Source: Nitrospirota bacterium (GTDB taxonomy: Bacteria; Nitrospirota; UBA9217). From it: a stretch of 64,000 nucleotides of DNA. A program made the position numbers and the translations under genes. The notes below the pieces were generated by a model. That model did no database searches. It saw only the letters and a program-made list of their open reading frames with translations, and was not told the origin of the DNA. The DNA lies in NCBI GenBank assembly GCA_963737155.1, contig CAVTRN010000001.1:416001-480000 (forward strand). The letters run 5' to 3'. Shown here piece by piece: positions 1 to 9,758 of this stretch (positions are counted from its first letter, which is position 1; each line of letters begins with the position of its first letter).

Positions 1-170
1 CAAAGTGCGAGTCCTTTCCAAAAGATGGACCATATTAAAAGAAAAAGCAAGTAGGGTGCAAGGACATGAAACCAAGGCATCGTTCTGAGGTTAGCCCAAT
101 TATGAAAAATTAACATTAATCATCACCTCAATTGTATTCTATCGTGGAATACTCCGTATTTCAATCGTTC

Positions 171-767
171 TTAAAACCTGACTCCATCCATAAAAGCTCT
201 CGTATCTTGTCCAATAATCTGTGTATAAATCAAAGTTTTGGTAATGTCCCTATGCCCAAGCCATTCCCTTAATACGGTAACGGGAACGCCTTGAATAATG
301 CAGTTCACGGCGAAGGTGTGCCGCCAGGTGTGCGGGTGCGCCCGTTCGTCATCTACCCCTGATAGGTGACAAGCGTATTTCACGTAATTATATGCCGTCT
401 TTCTTGACATCTGAAACAGGTTGTCATCCCGCTTCAGCCCTTTGACGTTCAGCCACAATGCTAGCTCCCCGATAAAGCCGTTCTGCAGCGGGAGAACCCT
501 AATATGACCCTTCCGTTTCAACGTGGTCACTCTCAGGGCTTTCCCGATAAGGTCAATATCGGAACCAACCGTGATTGCTAATGCCTCTGATATCCGTAGC
601 CCTGTATTCCAAAGGAACAAGCTCAGGAAATATGAATCATAGTCCTGACCTTTGAGGTAGTCTGACAATATCATCCTTGCCTCATCAGCCGTGAAGTATT
701 TCGGAAGGCTCTTGTTGAATATCCGTGCTACTCCTCTATTCCCAATAACCGCTGGAAGTGTTTGCAT
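171..767 (-). CDS. Small tyrosine recombinase (Xer/ResD-like catalytic domain)
   Basis: GLRISE (R), TLKRK (K), HTWRH (HxxR), LGH, and Tyr in TLIY all present. Confidence 0.92.
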   Translation of the reverse strand: MQTLPAVIGNRGVARIFNKSLPKYFTADEARMILSDYLKGQDYDSYFLSLFLWNTGLRISEALAITVGSDIDLIGKALRVTTLKRKGHIRVLPLQNGFIGELALWLNVKGLKRDDNLFQMSRKTAYNYVKYACHLSGVDDERAHPHTWRHTFAVNCIIQGVPVTVLREWLGHRDITKTLIYTQIIGQDTRAFMDGVRF

Positions 768-867
768 GTGCTTACCCCTTTCGCATGCCTTTTGTGTAAG
801 TTTGGCTCTTAAAAAAGAGCCGTTTGTCTGGTTTCTGACGGCTTTTATAAAGACTTAGGGCTGCTAT

Positions 868-894
868 TTACCCAAAATGCTTCCTTTTGAGTAA
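868..894. other. Putative recombinase core site or operator (10-bp arms, 7-bp spacer)
   Basis: TTACCCAAAA-tgcttcc-TTTTGAGTAA, 9/10 inverted match, upstream of the tyrosine recombinase. Confidence 0.5.
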
Positions 895-919
895 GAGAAA
901 AAAGGCACAAAAAAGAGTA

Positions 920-1519
920 TCAGAGCATCCCCCCGACCTGTACCGACATCATAGTGCTCTCTACCTGACCTTTCTGATAATCCTTTATCACCCTGAAGCA
1001 CGTTGACTTGGGCACCTTCGTGAATTTTGCCACATCACGCACCGACATTTCCTGTCTGTGGGCATCAAGGATGCTCTGAACTTTCTCAGGGTCAATCGGT
1101 TTCCGACCTAAAACCACATTCCGCATTCGGGCAAGCTCTAACCCCATACGGATTTTGCTACTTGTCAGTGCTTTCTGAAATCCCGTCAGGGCATCTATCA
1201 GGCTCCCCGCCGTTGAATTCATGTCAAGCCCGTCACTCAGAGATATGAAGCCGATACCCAAGCCTCTAAGCTTGTCCAATACCATTAAAACCTGCTTCAA
1301 GGAATTGCCCACGGTCAGTAAGCTGTGAACGATAACCACGGATAAATCGCCGTTCTTGGCATCCCGCAATAGGTTGCTCAGGACGGGCTGCCCCTTGCTC
1401 TTGGATTCTACGTACTCGATGATTTTCCAATCCTGGGCTTTGGCATAATCCCGTAGCTCTTGCATGTTGTCATTCTCGATATACGGACAGGAACGGTGAT
1501 AAATGGCGACCTTACTCAT
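920..1519 (-). CDS. Serine resolvase/invertase-family protein with C-terminal HTH, catalytic residues degenerate
   Basis: Resolvase pattern (LRGLGIGFISL, IRMGLELAR..LGRKP, SVRDVAK..VPKST), but YxRVS reads YHRSC and LDRLGR reads LLTVGN; start placed at ATG 1519. Confidence 0.85.
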   Translation of the reverse strand: MSKVAIYHRSCPYIENDNMQELRDYAKAQDWKIIEYVESKSKGQPVLSNLLRDAKNGDLSVVIVHSLLTVGNSLKQVLMVLDKLRGLGIGFISLSDGLDMNSTAGSLIDALTGFQKALTSSKIRMGLELARMRNVVLGRKPIDPEKVQSILDAHRQEMSVRDVAKFTKVPKSTCFRVIKDYQKGQVESTMMSVQVGGML

Positions 1520-1856
1520 GGGTTTTCTCCTTCTGTCCTTCCTCCGCAAGTACCTTTTCAACGAGGTCAAGGAATTTGGTGAGCATTTTCTTGCCATCAA
1601 CCCTCTTTAACTGTGCTTTCGATGGGTCAAGGTGAACCCTCTTGCCCGTTTTTTCGGCTTTTGTCTTCCCCTCTTTTGAGAAATCTATCTTCATCGCTGC
1701 CGCTGACTTGGGATTAATGCCGAGCACTAAACCTATTTGCCGTTCCGTGTATCCGCGAGCAACGAGAACAAGGCAGATATCACGCCGCTTGCACCCCAAT
1801 TCCTCTTGCTTTTGAAGAAATGCATTAAGTTCTTTCCTAACATTTGACGGTTCCAT
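1512..1856 (-). CDS. Hypothetical protein with HTH-like motif
   Basis: LVARGYTERQIGLVLGINPKS; overlaps neighbouring ORF. Confidence 0.6.
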   Translation of the reverse strand: MEPSNVRKELNAFLQKQEELGCKRRDICLVLVARGYTERQIGLVLGINPKSAAAMKIDFSKEGKTKAEKTGKRVHLDPSKAQLKRVDGKKMLTKFLDLVEKVLAEEGQKEKTHE

Positions 1857-1857
1857 G

Positions 1858-2061
1858 TTATGACCCTCCCTTTTTCAAAACTACAATTTTCCCGTCTTTG
1901 ACATCCCGCTTAAATTTCAGTAGCTCTTTTCCCGTGGGCATCTCAATAATGATGTATTCCTCAAGGATTACCCATCCCCGCTCTCGGCAATACTCGGCAA
2001 GCGGGGTCATCTCAATATAACCATCAATACCTTTGACGATAGCAACCCTCTTTTTCTTCAT
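1858..2061 (-). CDS. Small protein resembling a truncated resolvase N-terminus
   Basis: RVAI...LAEYCRERGWVILEEY...RDVKDGK parallels KVAI...LRDYAKAQDWKIIEY...RDAKNG of 920-1519; ATGA overlap with upstream gene. Confidence 0.55.
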   Translation of the reverse strand: MKKKRVAIVKGIDGYIEMTPLAEYCRERGWVILEEYIIIEMPTGKELLKFKRDVKDGKIVVLKKGGS

Positions 2062-2360
2062 ATCCATCCCTTCCCGCCGCACTTCGGGCAATTGACCTCC
2101 GTATAAGCAGGAACGTTGCCGTGCGGTCCAAGGCCAACGGTAAACTCCACTTTTGTACCTCTCCCACCGCAAGCAGGGCAAGTATCCCCGCAATAGGTGG
2201 ATGGGTCTTGATTTTCTCCGACCTTTATTATCGTCCAGAAGATAATCAAAAGAAGTCCTGCAATCCAAGCCGCTACATTTGCGGCATCATAGTACCCACA
2301 TGCCCCAAAAATAATACCTAATAACCCAACGACCATCATTGGAATAGAGAGGTATATCAT
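2058..2360 (-). CDS. Two-TM membrane protein with DnaJ-type Zn finger
   Basis: Two hydrophobic helices then CPACGGRG and CPKCGGKG. Confidence 0.7.
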   Translation of the reverse strand: MIYLSIPMMVVGLLGIIFGACGYYDAANVAAWIAGLLLIIFWTIIKVGENQDPSTYCGDTCPACGGRGTKVEFTVGLGPHGNVPAYTEVNCPKCGGKGWI

Positions 2361-2375
2361 AGAAGACCTCCATGT

Positions 2376-3065
2376 TCATATCTTGGCAGATACAGCCTTG
2401 GGAACCTCATCTTCAATCCAATAAACCCGCCGATTAACTACATCAAAAGCGGACAATTTCCCGAAAAAGCAAGCCCCCGTATCGACACAAATGACCTTAC
2501 CATAGTTGGCAACCTCGTGATGCACTGTGTGACCGCAGACAACAATCCCATCACCATCCCAATCCAAATCCCTATTATGCAATAGGTCTTTTATCGGAAC
2601 ATTGCGAATATCTTTTGTGCCGCGAGGTACGCCTCCGTGGACAAAGATATAGTTATGGTACAAATGATAGACATCAAGGCTCTCGATATACGGCAGCAGT
2701 AACTTAATCGCGTTTTCGACTCCACCGAAACTTCTTAGGGTCTCACTCCCGCCCCATGATAAAATCCACTCCAGGGGGTCACGCATGTCAGACATCGTGC
2801 CTACATCCTTCGTACATTTCAGGCTCTCGTAGGCTTTTTGTTCGTGGTTGCCGAGCAATAGCACCACGGATTCTGGATATTTCTTTCGTAGGTCATCAAG
2901 GTACAGAATACACGCCATGCTGTCAGGACCGCGGTCAATGACATCCCCAAGCTGAATAAGCTTGTCCTCGGCGGGATTGAAGCGGATTACCTTTTCAATC
3001 AGGTTCACCAGCATCTTTCGGCAGCCGTGGACATCACCCAAAACTAAGACCCGTGAATAGTGCAT
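2376..3065 (-). CDS. Calcineurin-like metallophosphoesterase (PPP family, lambda NinI/PrpA-like)
   Basis: GDVHG, GDVIDRG, GNHE, HGG, GHT, DTG motifs. Confidence 0.93.
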   Translation of the reverse strand: MHYSRVLVLGDVHGCRKMLVNLIEKVIRFNPAEDKLIQLGDVIDRGPDSMACILYLDDLRKKYPESVVLLLGNHEQKAYESLKCTKDVGTMSDMRDPLEWILSWGGSETLRSFGGVENAIKLLLPYIESLDVYHLYHNYIFVHGGVPRGTKDIRNVPIKDLLHNRDLDWDGDGIVVCGHTVHHEVANYGKVICVDTGACFFGKLSAFDVVNRRVYWIEDEVPKAVSAKI

Positions 3066-3080
3066 TATATTCCCTTCTGA

Positions 3081-3287
3081 TTAAATATTCGGATATGGAT
3101 ATCGCGGACGGAGGAAGCTTGCCATCGCATCTACTGTTCCATCTGGATTCAACCCGAACTCGCATGTCTTGCAATCTCCATCGAAGCACTGACGACATTT
3201 TTCATACTTCTTCATTGTATCTGGGTGAATGGTTACTCCTACTCTTATCTCGTCTACATGCTCATCTATTTCTTTACGCTTGCTCAT
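3081..3287 (-). CDS. Small Cys-rich hypothetical protein
   Basis: CRQC..DCKTC; AGGAGG RBS upstream. Confidence 0.55.
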   Translation of the reverse strand: MSKRKEIDEHVDEIRVGVTIHPDTMKKYEKCRQCFDGDCKTCEFGLNPDGTVDAMASFLRPRYPYPNI

Positions 3288-3402
3288 GCTCTCCTCCTAA
3301 TCACAATAGGATAGACTTCTATACTTGCTATGGACCCTTTTGTGCAACTTCAGCGGGTGTGCCAATAACCCTTAGCTGTCTTGAAATATTCTTATCCCAT
3401 GA

Positions 3403-3645
3403 TTACCCTCCCATTTCGCAATTACCCGTCCTGATTCTGATATGCCGCCGTATGTTCTCAGGCAGTTTTTCAAAGGCTACCTCGTAACCAAGCCCTTCTG
3501 TTTTCACAAAAGCTTCTGACCACTGTGAGAACCCTTGGGGACTATCAGGGTTATGGGATAATCCCAGAACTGCATTATCAGCAAAAATTACCGTGAATTG
3601 GTCAAAAGTTTTGCCGCCGTTGTCATATATGGCTTTAATTTTCAT
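3403..3645 (-). CDS. Small phage/mobile-element hypothetical protein
   Basis: IYDNGGKTFDQFTV...PQGFSQ...LP; start ATG 3645 overlaps ardC end. Confidence 0.65.
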   Translation of the reverse strand: MKIKAIYDNGGKTFDQFTVIFADNAVLGLSHNPDSPQGFSQWSEAFVKTEGLGYEVAFEKLPENIRRHIRIRTGNCEMGG

Positions 3646-4480
3646 GGTTCTCCTGCTTTCTGCCCAGGATAAAATCAACTGCTTTCTGTGCATGGCTTGC
3701 TGCTATGATAATCAAACGCTTATCGTTCTTCAGCTTCCGAAGCCAATTCTGTATGTATCCCGCCTGATTCTCGATGGTCACGTTGCTGATTCCCGTATGG
3801 CTGCACAGGAAAGAAGCCCCAAGCTCTGCTATCAGTTCTTCTTTTGAATAGGTCTCACTGCCAAAAGCATGGGGTTCACTAATTGATACCCTGTTCAGTC
3901 TGTCCTTATGACCAGTTGAATGCACGGTTTCATGGAACAGCGTACCGTAATAGCTCTCGATGCTTTGAAAACTATCCTTACGTGGCATCCTGATAATGTC
4001 CTGTCCTGGGCTGTAGGATGCTTGATTCCCTCCGTGCTGAATCATAGGTCTTTGCGGCATCCCGCTCATGACGGATTCGCACTCCGCAATAGGGTTGAAT
4101 TTGAATTCAATCTTTTCCGTTTCGGGAATAGCAATACCTTCTATCTGTTCCAAATTGAAAACCGTGTGGTATCGGAGAAGCGGGAACATCTCTTCTTCAC
4201 CATTCGTGTCTGCTTTTCCCTTAACCATGCTCCAGAAAACTACGGGCAATCCTTTTTCTCCCCTTTTTACATGACCGCCGAGCATTTGGGCTTGATTAAA
4301 GGTCAACCAATACGGGCTTTTGAATCCCGTATGGGAAAGCATCAGGACGTTCACGCCTCGGTATTCCTTCCTGCTGACAAGGTTGACAGGATTATGGACA
4401 TCCCAAGGGCGGTTCCACGGGATTTGTCCGTGCTCAAGCATTTCAATTATCCGATTGGTGATGATTTCATAGACCTTCAT
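3635..4480 (-). CDS. ardC: ArdC-like antirestriction ssDNA-binding protein with zincin metalloprotease-like domain
   Basis: PWNRPW, YRGVN, WLTFNQA, VFNLEQ, HETVHSTGH, YSKEELIAE. Confidence 0.93.
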   Translation of the reverse strand: MKVYEIITNRIIEMLEHGQIPWNRPWDVHNPVNLVSRKEYRGVNVLMLSHTGFKSPYWLTFNQAQMLGGHVKRGEKGLPVVFWSMVKGKADTNGEEEMFPLLRYHTVFNLEQIEGIAIPETEKIEFKFNPIAECESVMSGMPQRPMIQHGGNQASYSPGQDIIRMPRKDSFQSIESYYGTLFHETVHSTGHKDRLNRVSISEPHAFGSETYSKEELIAELGASFLCSHTGISNVTIENQAGYIQNWLRKLKNDKRLIIIAASHAQKAVDFILGRKQENHEN

Positions 4481-5085
4481 GTGCTCTCCGCCTTTATAAC
4501 ATCAAATCCAAAAAGTGCTTTTCACCCTTTATCCATGCCGGTTTTGTCACTTGCCAGGTCCAGTATAACTCCACCTGAATGAGGTGCCAAGGGGTGCCCA
4601 AGAAAAAGTGCGTTTTTGGCTGGTTTTTATCACTTTTTTTGACCTATGTAGCTCAGGAGGTCATCGAGCTAGGATTGACCTATTGTGAATTTGCTTGCGC
4701 GGGTGGATACTGTTTCTGGGGATGGTTGTGCTGCAGATTTTCGGCGGAGAGGGCAGAATACATCCGCTGACATTCGATTCTTTCTGCTACAAAAACCCTG
4801 TCGAGTTTAGTTCTGTCAGGATAGAGAAGGGAAAGAGGGCTTAGTAGGCATATCAGGGATGAGAGCGGGTATTACGTCACAATCATAATGCGGAAAGGGG
4901 CTGTCTTATTGGGGGAAATATGATATTTAGAGTTATTATTTTTCCAGAACTTTTGCTAGTCGGAATACACAGTAAAAAAGCGCCTCGCAAGAAGTGCGTA
5001 ACCTTCTTTATAAGCAACGAAATCTGCGGTTTTTTTAAAGGGGATTGGTGTAAGCTGAATTTTGGCGGTTATTTTCTATTCTGTT

Positions 5086-5150
5086 ATCTCATTTTCCCAA
5101 CTACCACAAACAATATCATACCGAGAACACCAATTACCAATACAGCAGCC
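5086..5150. repeat. 65-bp direct repeat, copy 1
   Basis: 63/65 identical to 6445-6509. Confidence 0.95.
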
Positions 5151-5200
5151 TTTCTTTTTATAAATCAAACTCCACTCAACAAACCACAAAGAATAGCAAG

Positions 5201-5992
5201 TTAAAATAATCCTTCTAATATCTCTTTGCGGCTGGCGAATATATACCTCTTAGCTGAACTTGTTGTTATATGATTAATCTTATTTACCCATTCAGGTGCA
5301 ACAGACACGACTCTCTTACTCAGTCCATCAACACTCTCAGTTGAGCGTATAAATGCTATTTTCTTTGACAGTGGAATCATTACCATGTTTTCGATTGGAT
5401 TGTCTATGGTAATAAACTCTGCATTTTCTTGAGCTATATAAAAAAACCACTCACCTTCGTTTATAAGTAAGTTGAACATAGTTCGTGCAGTTGTATACAT
5501 TGTCCACATTGCCCATTTTTGAACATAAGTATCAGTTGGTTTTATTTTGATAAAATGTCTTAGGTTTTCTTCACCTCGTTCCCGTAAAGCATTATTAAGA
5601 AGCCCATTGCCCACAAACGATAATAGCTCATGGGACTTCTCAGTGAAGCTATCAACTTTGCTCAAGTTTCGTGCATACAGCCAAGATAAGAACCAAATAA
5701 TATCAACAAAATCATTCTCAGTCAGTTTCCCAACCTTACCATTCTCGATGGCTCTTATGTTTACACCATATTTTGCTTCTAGGTCATTTAAATAATTTTC
5801 AATATAATCATCTTTTCCCCCGTTGTGGGTTACAGTATAAATATGTTTCTTCTTCGCAATTTTCTCGGGATTAATGTTCGGTCGAATTTCTTCTTTTTCG
5901 ATATCATACAGATATAATTTCCCTGCTTTATCACAGAATCTTCTAAGATATACTATGGGCAAATAATGTTGTCCTTGAGGTTTAGCGTCCAT
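5201..5992 (-). CDS. DUF4238-family protein
   Basis: QHYLPIVYLRRF N-terminus, EFITIDNP, MIPLSKK. Confidence 0.8.
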   Translation of the reverse strand: MDAKPQGQHYLPIVYLRRFCDKAGKLYLYDIEKEEIRPNINPEKIAKKKHIYTVTHNGGKDDYIENYLNDLEAKYGVNIRAIENGKVGKLTENDFVDIIWFLSWLYARNLSKVDSFTEKSHELLSFVGNGLLNNALRERGEENLRHFIKIKPTDTYVQKWAMWTMYTTARTMFNLLINEGEWFFYIAQENAEFITIDNPIENMVMIPLSKKIAFIRSTESVDGLSKRVVSVAPEWVNKINHITTSSAKRYIFASRKEILEGLF

Positions 5993-6446
5993 TCACCCAC
6001 TCGCATTCAGAAACGGTGCCTGCTCCAGTCCCAACGCCAAGCCTAATAAACAAAGCGTAGGCGTACCCTAATTCGTGGCGATAAGCGCCCATCTTTAAAA
6101 TATCCTTTTTTTTCTTCTCAGGATTTGAGTCCTTTTTTAACTCAATTGCGAGCAAATTAGTTTTCGTCATGCGCACGTGGACAATAATATCGGGGTATAC
6201 CTCGTCTGGGCCCTCACTCCATGTAACCGTCTTCGGCGCTTTTCCCATTCGGTTGTATTCCACATCTACGTGGTAGTCTGAGAAATGAGGCTGTAGATAT
6301 TGGGCAATCTTTGCTGCAATAGCCTGCTCGGATGCATTGATAGCGAGAAGCTGTAAATCTTGTTCAAAAAGCCGATTAATACTGTCCAGCACTGCCGCAC
6401 CTACAGCGGGTTCTTTGCAGGTTATCAGTATCTCTTCATAGTTCAT
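5982..6446 (-). CDS. Putative PD-(D/E)XK nuclease-fold protein
   Basis: SEQ...VDVEYNR...YPDIIVH...LAIELKK. Confidence 0.65.
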   Translation of the reverse strand: MNYEEILITCKEPAVGAAVLDSINRLFEQDLQLLAINASEQAIAAKIAQYLQPHFSDYHVDVEYNRMGKAPKTVTWSEGPDEVYPDIIVHVRMTKTNLLAIELKKDSNPEKKKKDILKMGAYRHELGYAYALFIRLGVGTGAGTVSECEWVNGR

Positions 6447-6509
6447 CTCATTTTCCAAACTACCACAAACAATATCATACCGAGAACACCAATTAGCAAT
6501 ACAGCAGCC
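6445..6509. repeat. 65-bp direct repeat, copy 2
   Basis: 63/65 identical to 5086-5150. Confidence 0.95.
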
Positions 6510-6704
6510 AAATCTTCAACACTTCTTCTTCGCTTTCCTTGACCTGTGAGAAGCCTTCATGATATGTCTTACTGTCAGCCGCGCCGCTAGCGAGAGAACC
6601 ACGATAAGCACCATGAAAAAAATGATGGTGTGCTTGCCGCGTTGTGCAGTATCAACTGTTTTGAGAAGCATCATCAATAATTTACGTAAATTGAACTTAA
6701 CTTA

Positions 6705-7874
6705 CTAATCCCCTCGCCGACCATTTTTTTTAATAAAGTTACCAGGACCAGACAGGGCATTTGGATTATCTAATTCATAAACACAATCAAGATATTTTTT
6801 TACTTCTTCCCAGGGTTTATGCAGTAGGTAATATTTCTTTAATACCATCCCTACGTCAGCCACGGTAGGTCTGTTCTTTGATAAATTTATTGAAAGCGCA
6901 TCTTGAGAATCTTCTTTTGCGTGAATATCTCTATTCTGATGAGCATATGAATAAAATTCTATAATTTTTCCTGGTTTTCTATATTCTGGTACGTCTGAGC
7001 ATTTTTCACCGCTAGCTCTAGCCCTATTCACATGAGACCTTGAAAAGCTATCCTCGACTAAATGCAAAAGTGAGCCGAAAACCACGTTGTGGAAATCCTC
7101 ATCCGCATCAAACGTATTATCATCAGGAATAAATAAATTTTGAGCTGTCCATTCTTTGGTAAAGATTTTATCTATGCCATTGATACCTGTTTTTCGTACT
7201 TCAGTACCTCTATCAATAACACCTGTAGCTACTTTATAAGTATACTCAGCCCACATCATAACTTTATCTCTCGTATCTTTAGCCAACTCGTTATCGCGCG
7301 ATGCCATCGAGTGAAGAAATTGCATATCTCCAAAGTGAACGCGATAAAGTAAGGCTTTTCCTGATTGAGCATCATAGTATTTATTTTCTTCAGAGGCACC
7401 TTTTTCAGCATCATACAAAAGAAGTAACCAGCATTCTGGCGCATATGGTGCTTTTATAACTTGACCTACATATGTCTTGCATAGATTGTCTCTGGTAGAT
7501 GTCAATTCAAATGGAGGATTGTCATTCCACTGCACACCGGCAATGACCGCAGGCGGAGCTAAATTATTTTTAACAGCATCATTTTTGTTAGCCGCTATAA
7601 CTGAGCATTTATCATCATCATATTTATTATCCTGGCACCCGTATATAATATTTGTTATGCGCTCATGCACCGGATGAGTAAATTCATTTAGTATCCATTC
7701 AATCGTGGAAGGCGACAGCGGTAAGTTATGAGGTGATTTTAGGTAAATAACATCGCCGCTTTCATCACCTTTTGGGCTGATTTCAAAACTGTAAACTGGC
7801 AGCGCAGAAACCATAATAATCATAAAGATAAATAAGATTAATTTTCTTTTGAAATAATTCGGAACCATAGCCAT
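6705..7874 (-). CDS. Secreted protein with probable Zn-dependent phospholipase C/Het-C-like metal site
   Basis: Signal peptide; HPVHERIT, GVQWND, HFGDMQFLHSM, LHLVEDSFSRSH. Confidence 0.55.
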   Translation of the reverse strand: MAMVPNYFKRKLILFIFMIIMVSALPVYSFEISPKGDESGDVIYLKSPHNLPLSPSTIEWILNEFTHPVHERITNIIYGCQDNKYDDDKCSVIAANKNDAVKNNLAPPAVIAGVQWNDNPPFELTSTRDNLCKTYVGQVIKAPYAPECWLLLLYDAEKGASEENKYYDAQSGKALLYRVHFGDMQFLHSMASRDNELAKDTRDKVMMWAEYTYKVATGVIDRGTEVRKTGINGIDKIFTKEWTAQNLFIPDDNTFDADEDFHNVVFGSLLHLVEDSFSRSHVNRARASGEKCSDVPEYRKPGKIIEFYSYAHQNRDIHAKEDSQDALSINLSKNRPTVADVGMVLKKYYLLHKPWEEVKKYLDCVYELDNPNALSGPGNFIKKNGRRGD

Positions 7875-7971
7875 CCCCCCATTTTTTATGAAATGTTAAT
7901 TTATATTTATCCTTCTTGAACGTTGTTTCTTAAACGTAGCTTGAAATTAAATTCGTAAATCACATACGCTC

Positions 7972-8001
7972 TTGACTTATTATCCTAATTTGGGATATTA
8001 T
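7972..8001 (+). promoter_or_regulatory. Methylase promoter with C-protein operator in the spacer
   Basis: TTGACT-18-TATTAT; operator TATCCTAATTTGGGATA at 7981-7997. Confidence 0.7.
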
Positions 8002-8031
8002 GTCCAAATTAAATCCCTGCGTTATCGTGAA

Positions 8032-8895
8032 ATGAAAAAAACATTAATCAAATTCCCCCAACAGCAAATATTCAAGTCTACAAAAACTCCGTTAAAACTG
8101 GCGTATTCATCGAAATTGGGTGCTCTGTTTGCGGACGATTGCTTGGAAATCCTCAGAGCAATTAAAGACAATCAGATTGACACCATTTTTGCAGACCCAC
8201 CATTTAACCTCGGCAAGATTTACGGAAAAAGCACAAATGACAGTCTTACCGAAAAAGAGTATCTAAAATGGTGCAAGGAATGGATAACAGAATGCGTTAG
8301 GATTCTCAAGCCAGGAGGAGCACTGTTTATTTATAACTTGCCAAGGTGGAACATCTACTTCGGCAACTATTTAAACGATTTGAAGATGCAATTCAGACAT
8401 TGGATTGCAATCGAAATCAATTCGACTTTTCCCATTAAAGGAAGACTCTATCCGTGCCATTATAGTCTTCTCTACTATACCAAGGGGAAACCGACAACAT
8501 ATCACAATATCAGAACACCCATCCTAACGTGCCGTCATTGCAAAGGGGAAATTAAAGATTACGGTGGTTATCGTAAGGACATGAATCCTAAAGGCGTTAA
8601 TCTCAAAGATGTATGGACTGATATACCTCCCGTAAGGCATAGAAAGTTTAAATCCAAAAATCGAAATGCTAATGCCTTGTCTACAAAATTGATAGAACGT
8701 GTTGTTGAACTTAGTACCAATCCTGGTGACTTGGTGTTAGACCCATTTGGTGGTAGTGGAACTACGTTTGCTGTTTGTGAGTATAAAAAACGTAAATGGA
8801 TAGGTATCGAGATTGACTATGCCGATGATATAATCCATCGTCTACAATCAGGTAAAATTCATCCCCATAAAAACGATGACTACGTTGAACGATAG
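8032..8895 (+). CDS. Beta-class N4-C/N6-A DNA methyltransferase of the BamHI-like RM system
   Basis: FADPPF before VLDPFGGSGTT; convergent with the endonuclease; start placed at ATG 8032. Confidence 0.92.
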   Translation: MKKTLIKFPQQQIFKSTKTPLKLAYSSKLGALFADDCLEILRAIKDNQIDTIFADPPFNLGKIYGKSTNDSLTEKEYLKWCKEWITECVRILKPGGALFIYNLPRWNIYFGNYLNDLKMQFRHWIAIEINSTFPIKGRLYPCHYSLLYYTKGKPTTYHNIRTPILTCRHCKGEIKDYGGYRKDMNPKGVNLKDVWTDIPPVRHRKFKSKNRNANALSTKLIERVVELSTNPGDLVLDPFGGSGTTFAVCEYKKRKWIGIEIDYADDIIHRLQSGKIHPHKNDDYVER

Positions 8896-9504
8896 CTACT
8901 CGATGGCTCTACCGTCTGTTCCCTTCGGGATTTTAGGAACATCTAAACTCGTACCGTCATGTTCAACCACGACAATTTCGAGGACACCATTCTTGCAATT
9001 GATGCTTTTCCAAAAATCAAGGTAAGGCACCAGCTCTTCCCAGTTGCCAATTCTATCCGTAAGAAATACCTTGAACTCGTTTGATGGAACAACTAACGTA
9101 CCGCTTATCAAGGCTCCCTTCATAAGCCCTAAACACATCTTATTCAAAGCCCTGTGACTCGATGATATGTTACCAGTTTCCCATTCTAAGGCTGATACGC
9201 CGTCATCGCTATAAAGCACAGCATCTAACTTCCCCGGCTTCTTTCTTGTTGCTATATCGAGAGGCCTTTCTGGTTTCCATCCTTCTCTTTCAAGAAACTC
9301 AATAAGCCCTTTCTTGATAGGAACTACGCCATTACCCTTACCTCTTTTTTTCCCGCTTTCGGGATAAATCAAAAACGTTCCGCTGCCTACGGGCCAATCT
9401 ATACGCTTAATAGCATCGTGAAGAAGCTTCCTCGTTTCCTCCCAATGTTTAGACTTGGGATAGCCACCAGAACTTATTAGTGTTTCAACGTGGACAATTT
9501 TCAT
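8896..9504 (-). CDS. BamHI-family type II restriction endonuclease
   Basis: NGVVPIK, EWETGNISSSHRALNK, LTDRIGNWEEL, VPKIPKGTDG match R.BamHI motifs as recalled. Confidence 0.9.
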   Translation of the reverse strand: MKIVHVETLISSGGYPKSKHWEETRKLLHDAIKRIDWPVGSGTFLIYPESGKKRGKGNGVVPIKKGLIEFLEREGWKPERPLDIATRKKPGKLDAVLYSDDGVSALEWETGNISSSHRALNKMCLGLMKGALISGTLVVPSNEFKVFLTDRIGNWEELVPYLDFWKSINCKNGVLEIVVVEHDGTSLDVPKIPKGTDGRAIE

Positions 9505-9508
9505 TTAG

Positions 9509-9745
9509 TCACTTTGAATTAAGGCTTTGTATGATTTTGATAGGGTCAGCTTTGATTGCTTTCGATATTTCAAGAAACTCTATAACGTCTATTCTTCTTT
9601 CTCCAGTTTCATACTTAGACACAAACGACTGAGGCTTTTTAAGCCTTGACGCTAAATCTGTCTGGGTTATGCCCTCATTTTTCCTCAATTCGATAAGAAG
9701 TGAGATTAGTTTGCCATATTCACTATTATGGATAGTCTTCTTCAT
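9509..9745 (-). CDS. RM controller (C) protein, XRE HTH
   Basis: ITQTDLASRLKKPQSFVSKYETGERR; directly upstream of the REase; start placed at ATG 9745. Confidence 0.88.
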   Translation of the reverse strand: MKKTIHNSEYGKLISLLIELRKNEGITQTDLASRLKKPQSFVSKYETGERRIDVIEFLEISKAIKADPIKIIQSLNSK

Positions 9746-9758
9746 ATCTGGTATATAA

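Noticed and set aside
1-120. Possible minus-strand ORF running off the left edge
   Set aside because: Too little sequence to assess
171-767. Integron integrase for the attC-like remnants
   Set aside because: Only 198 aa and lacks the IntI-specific insertion
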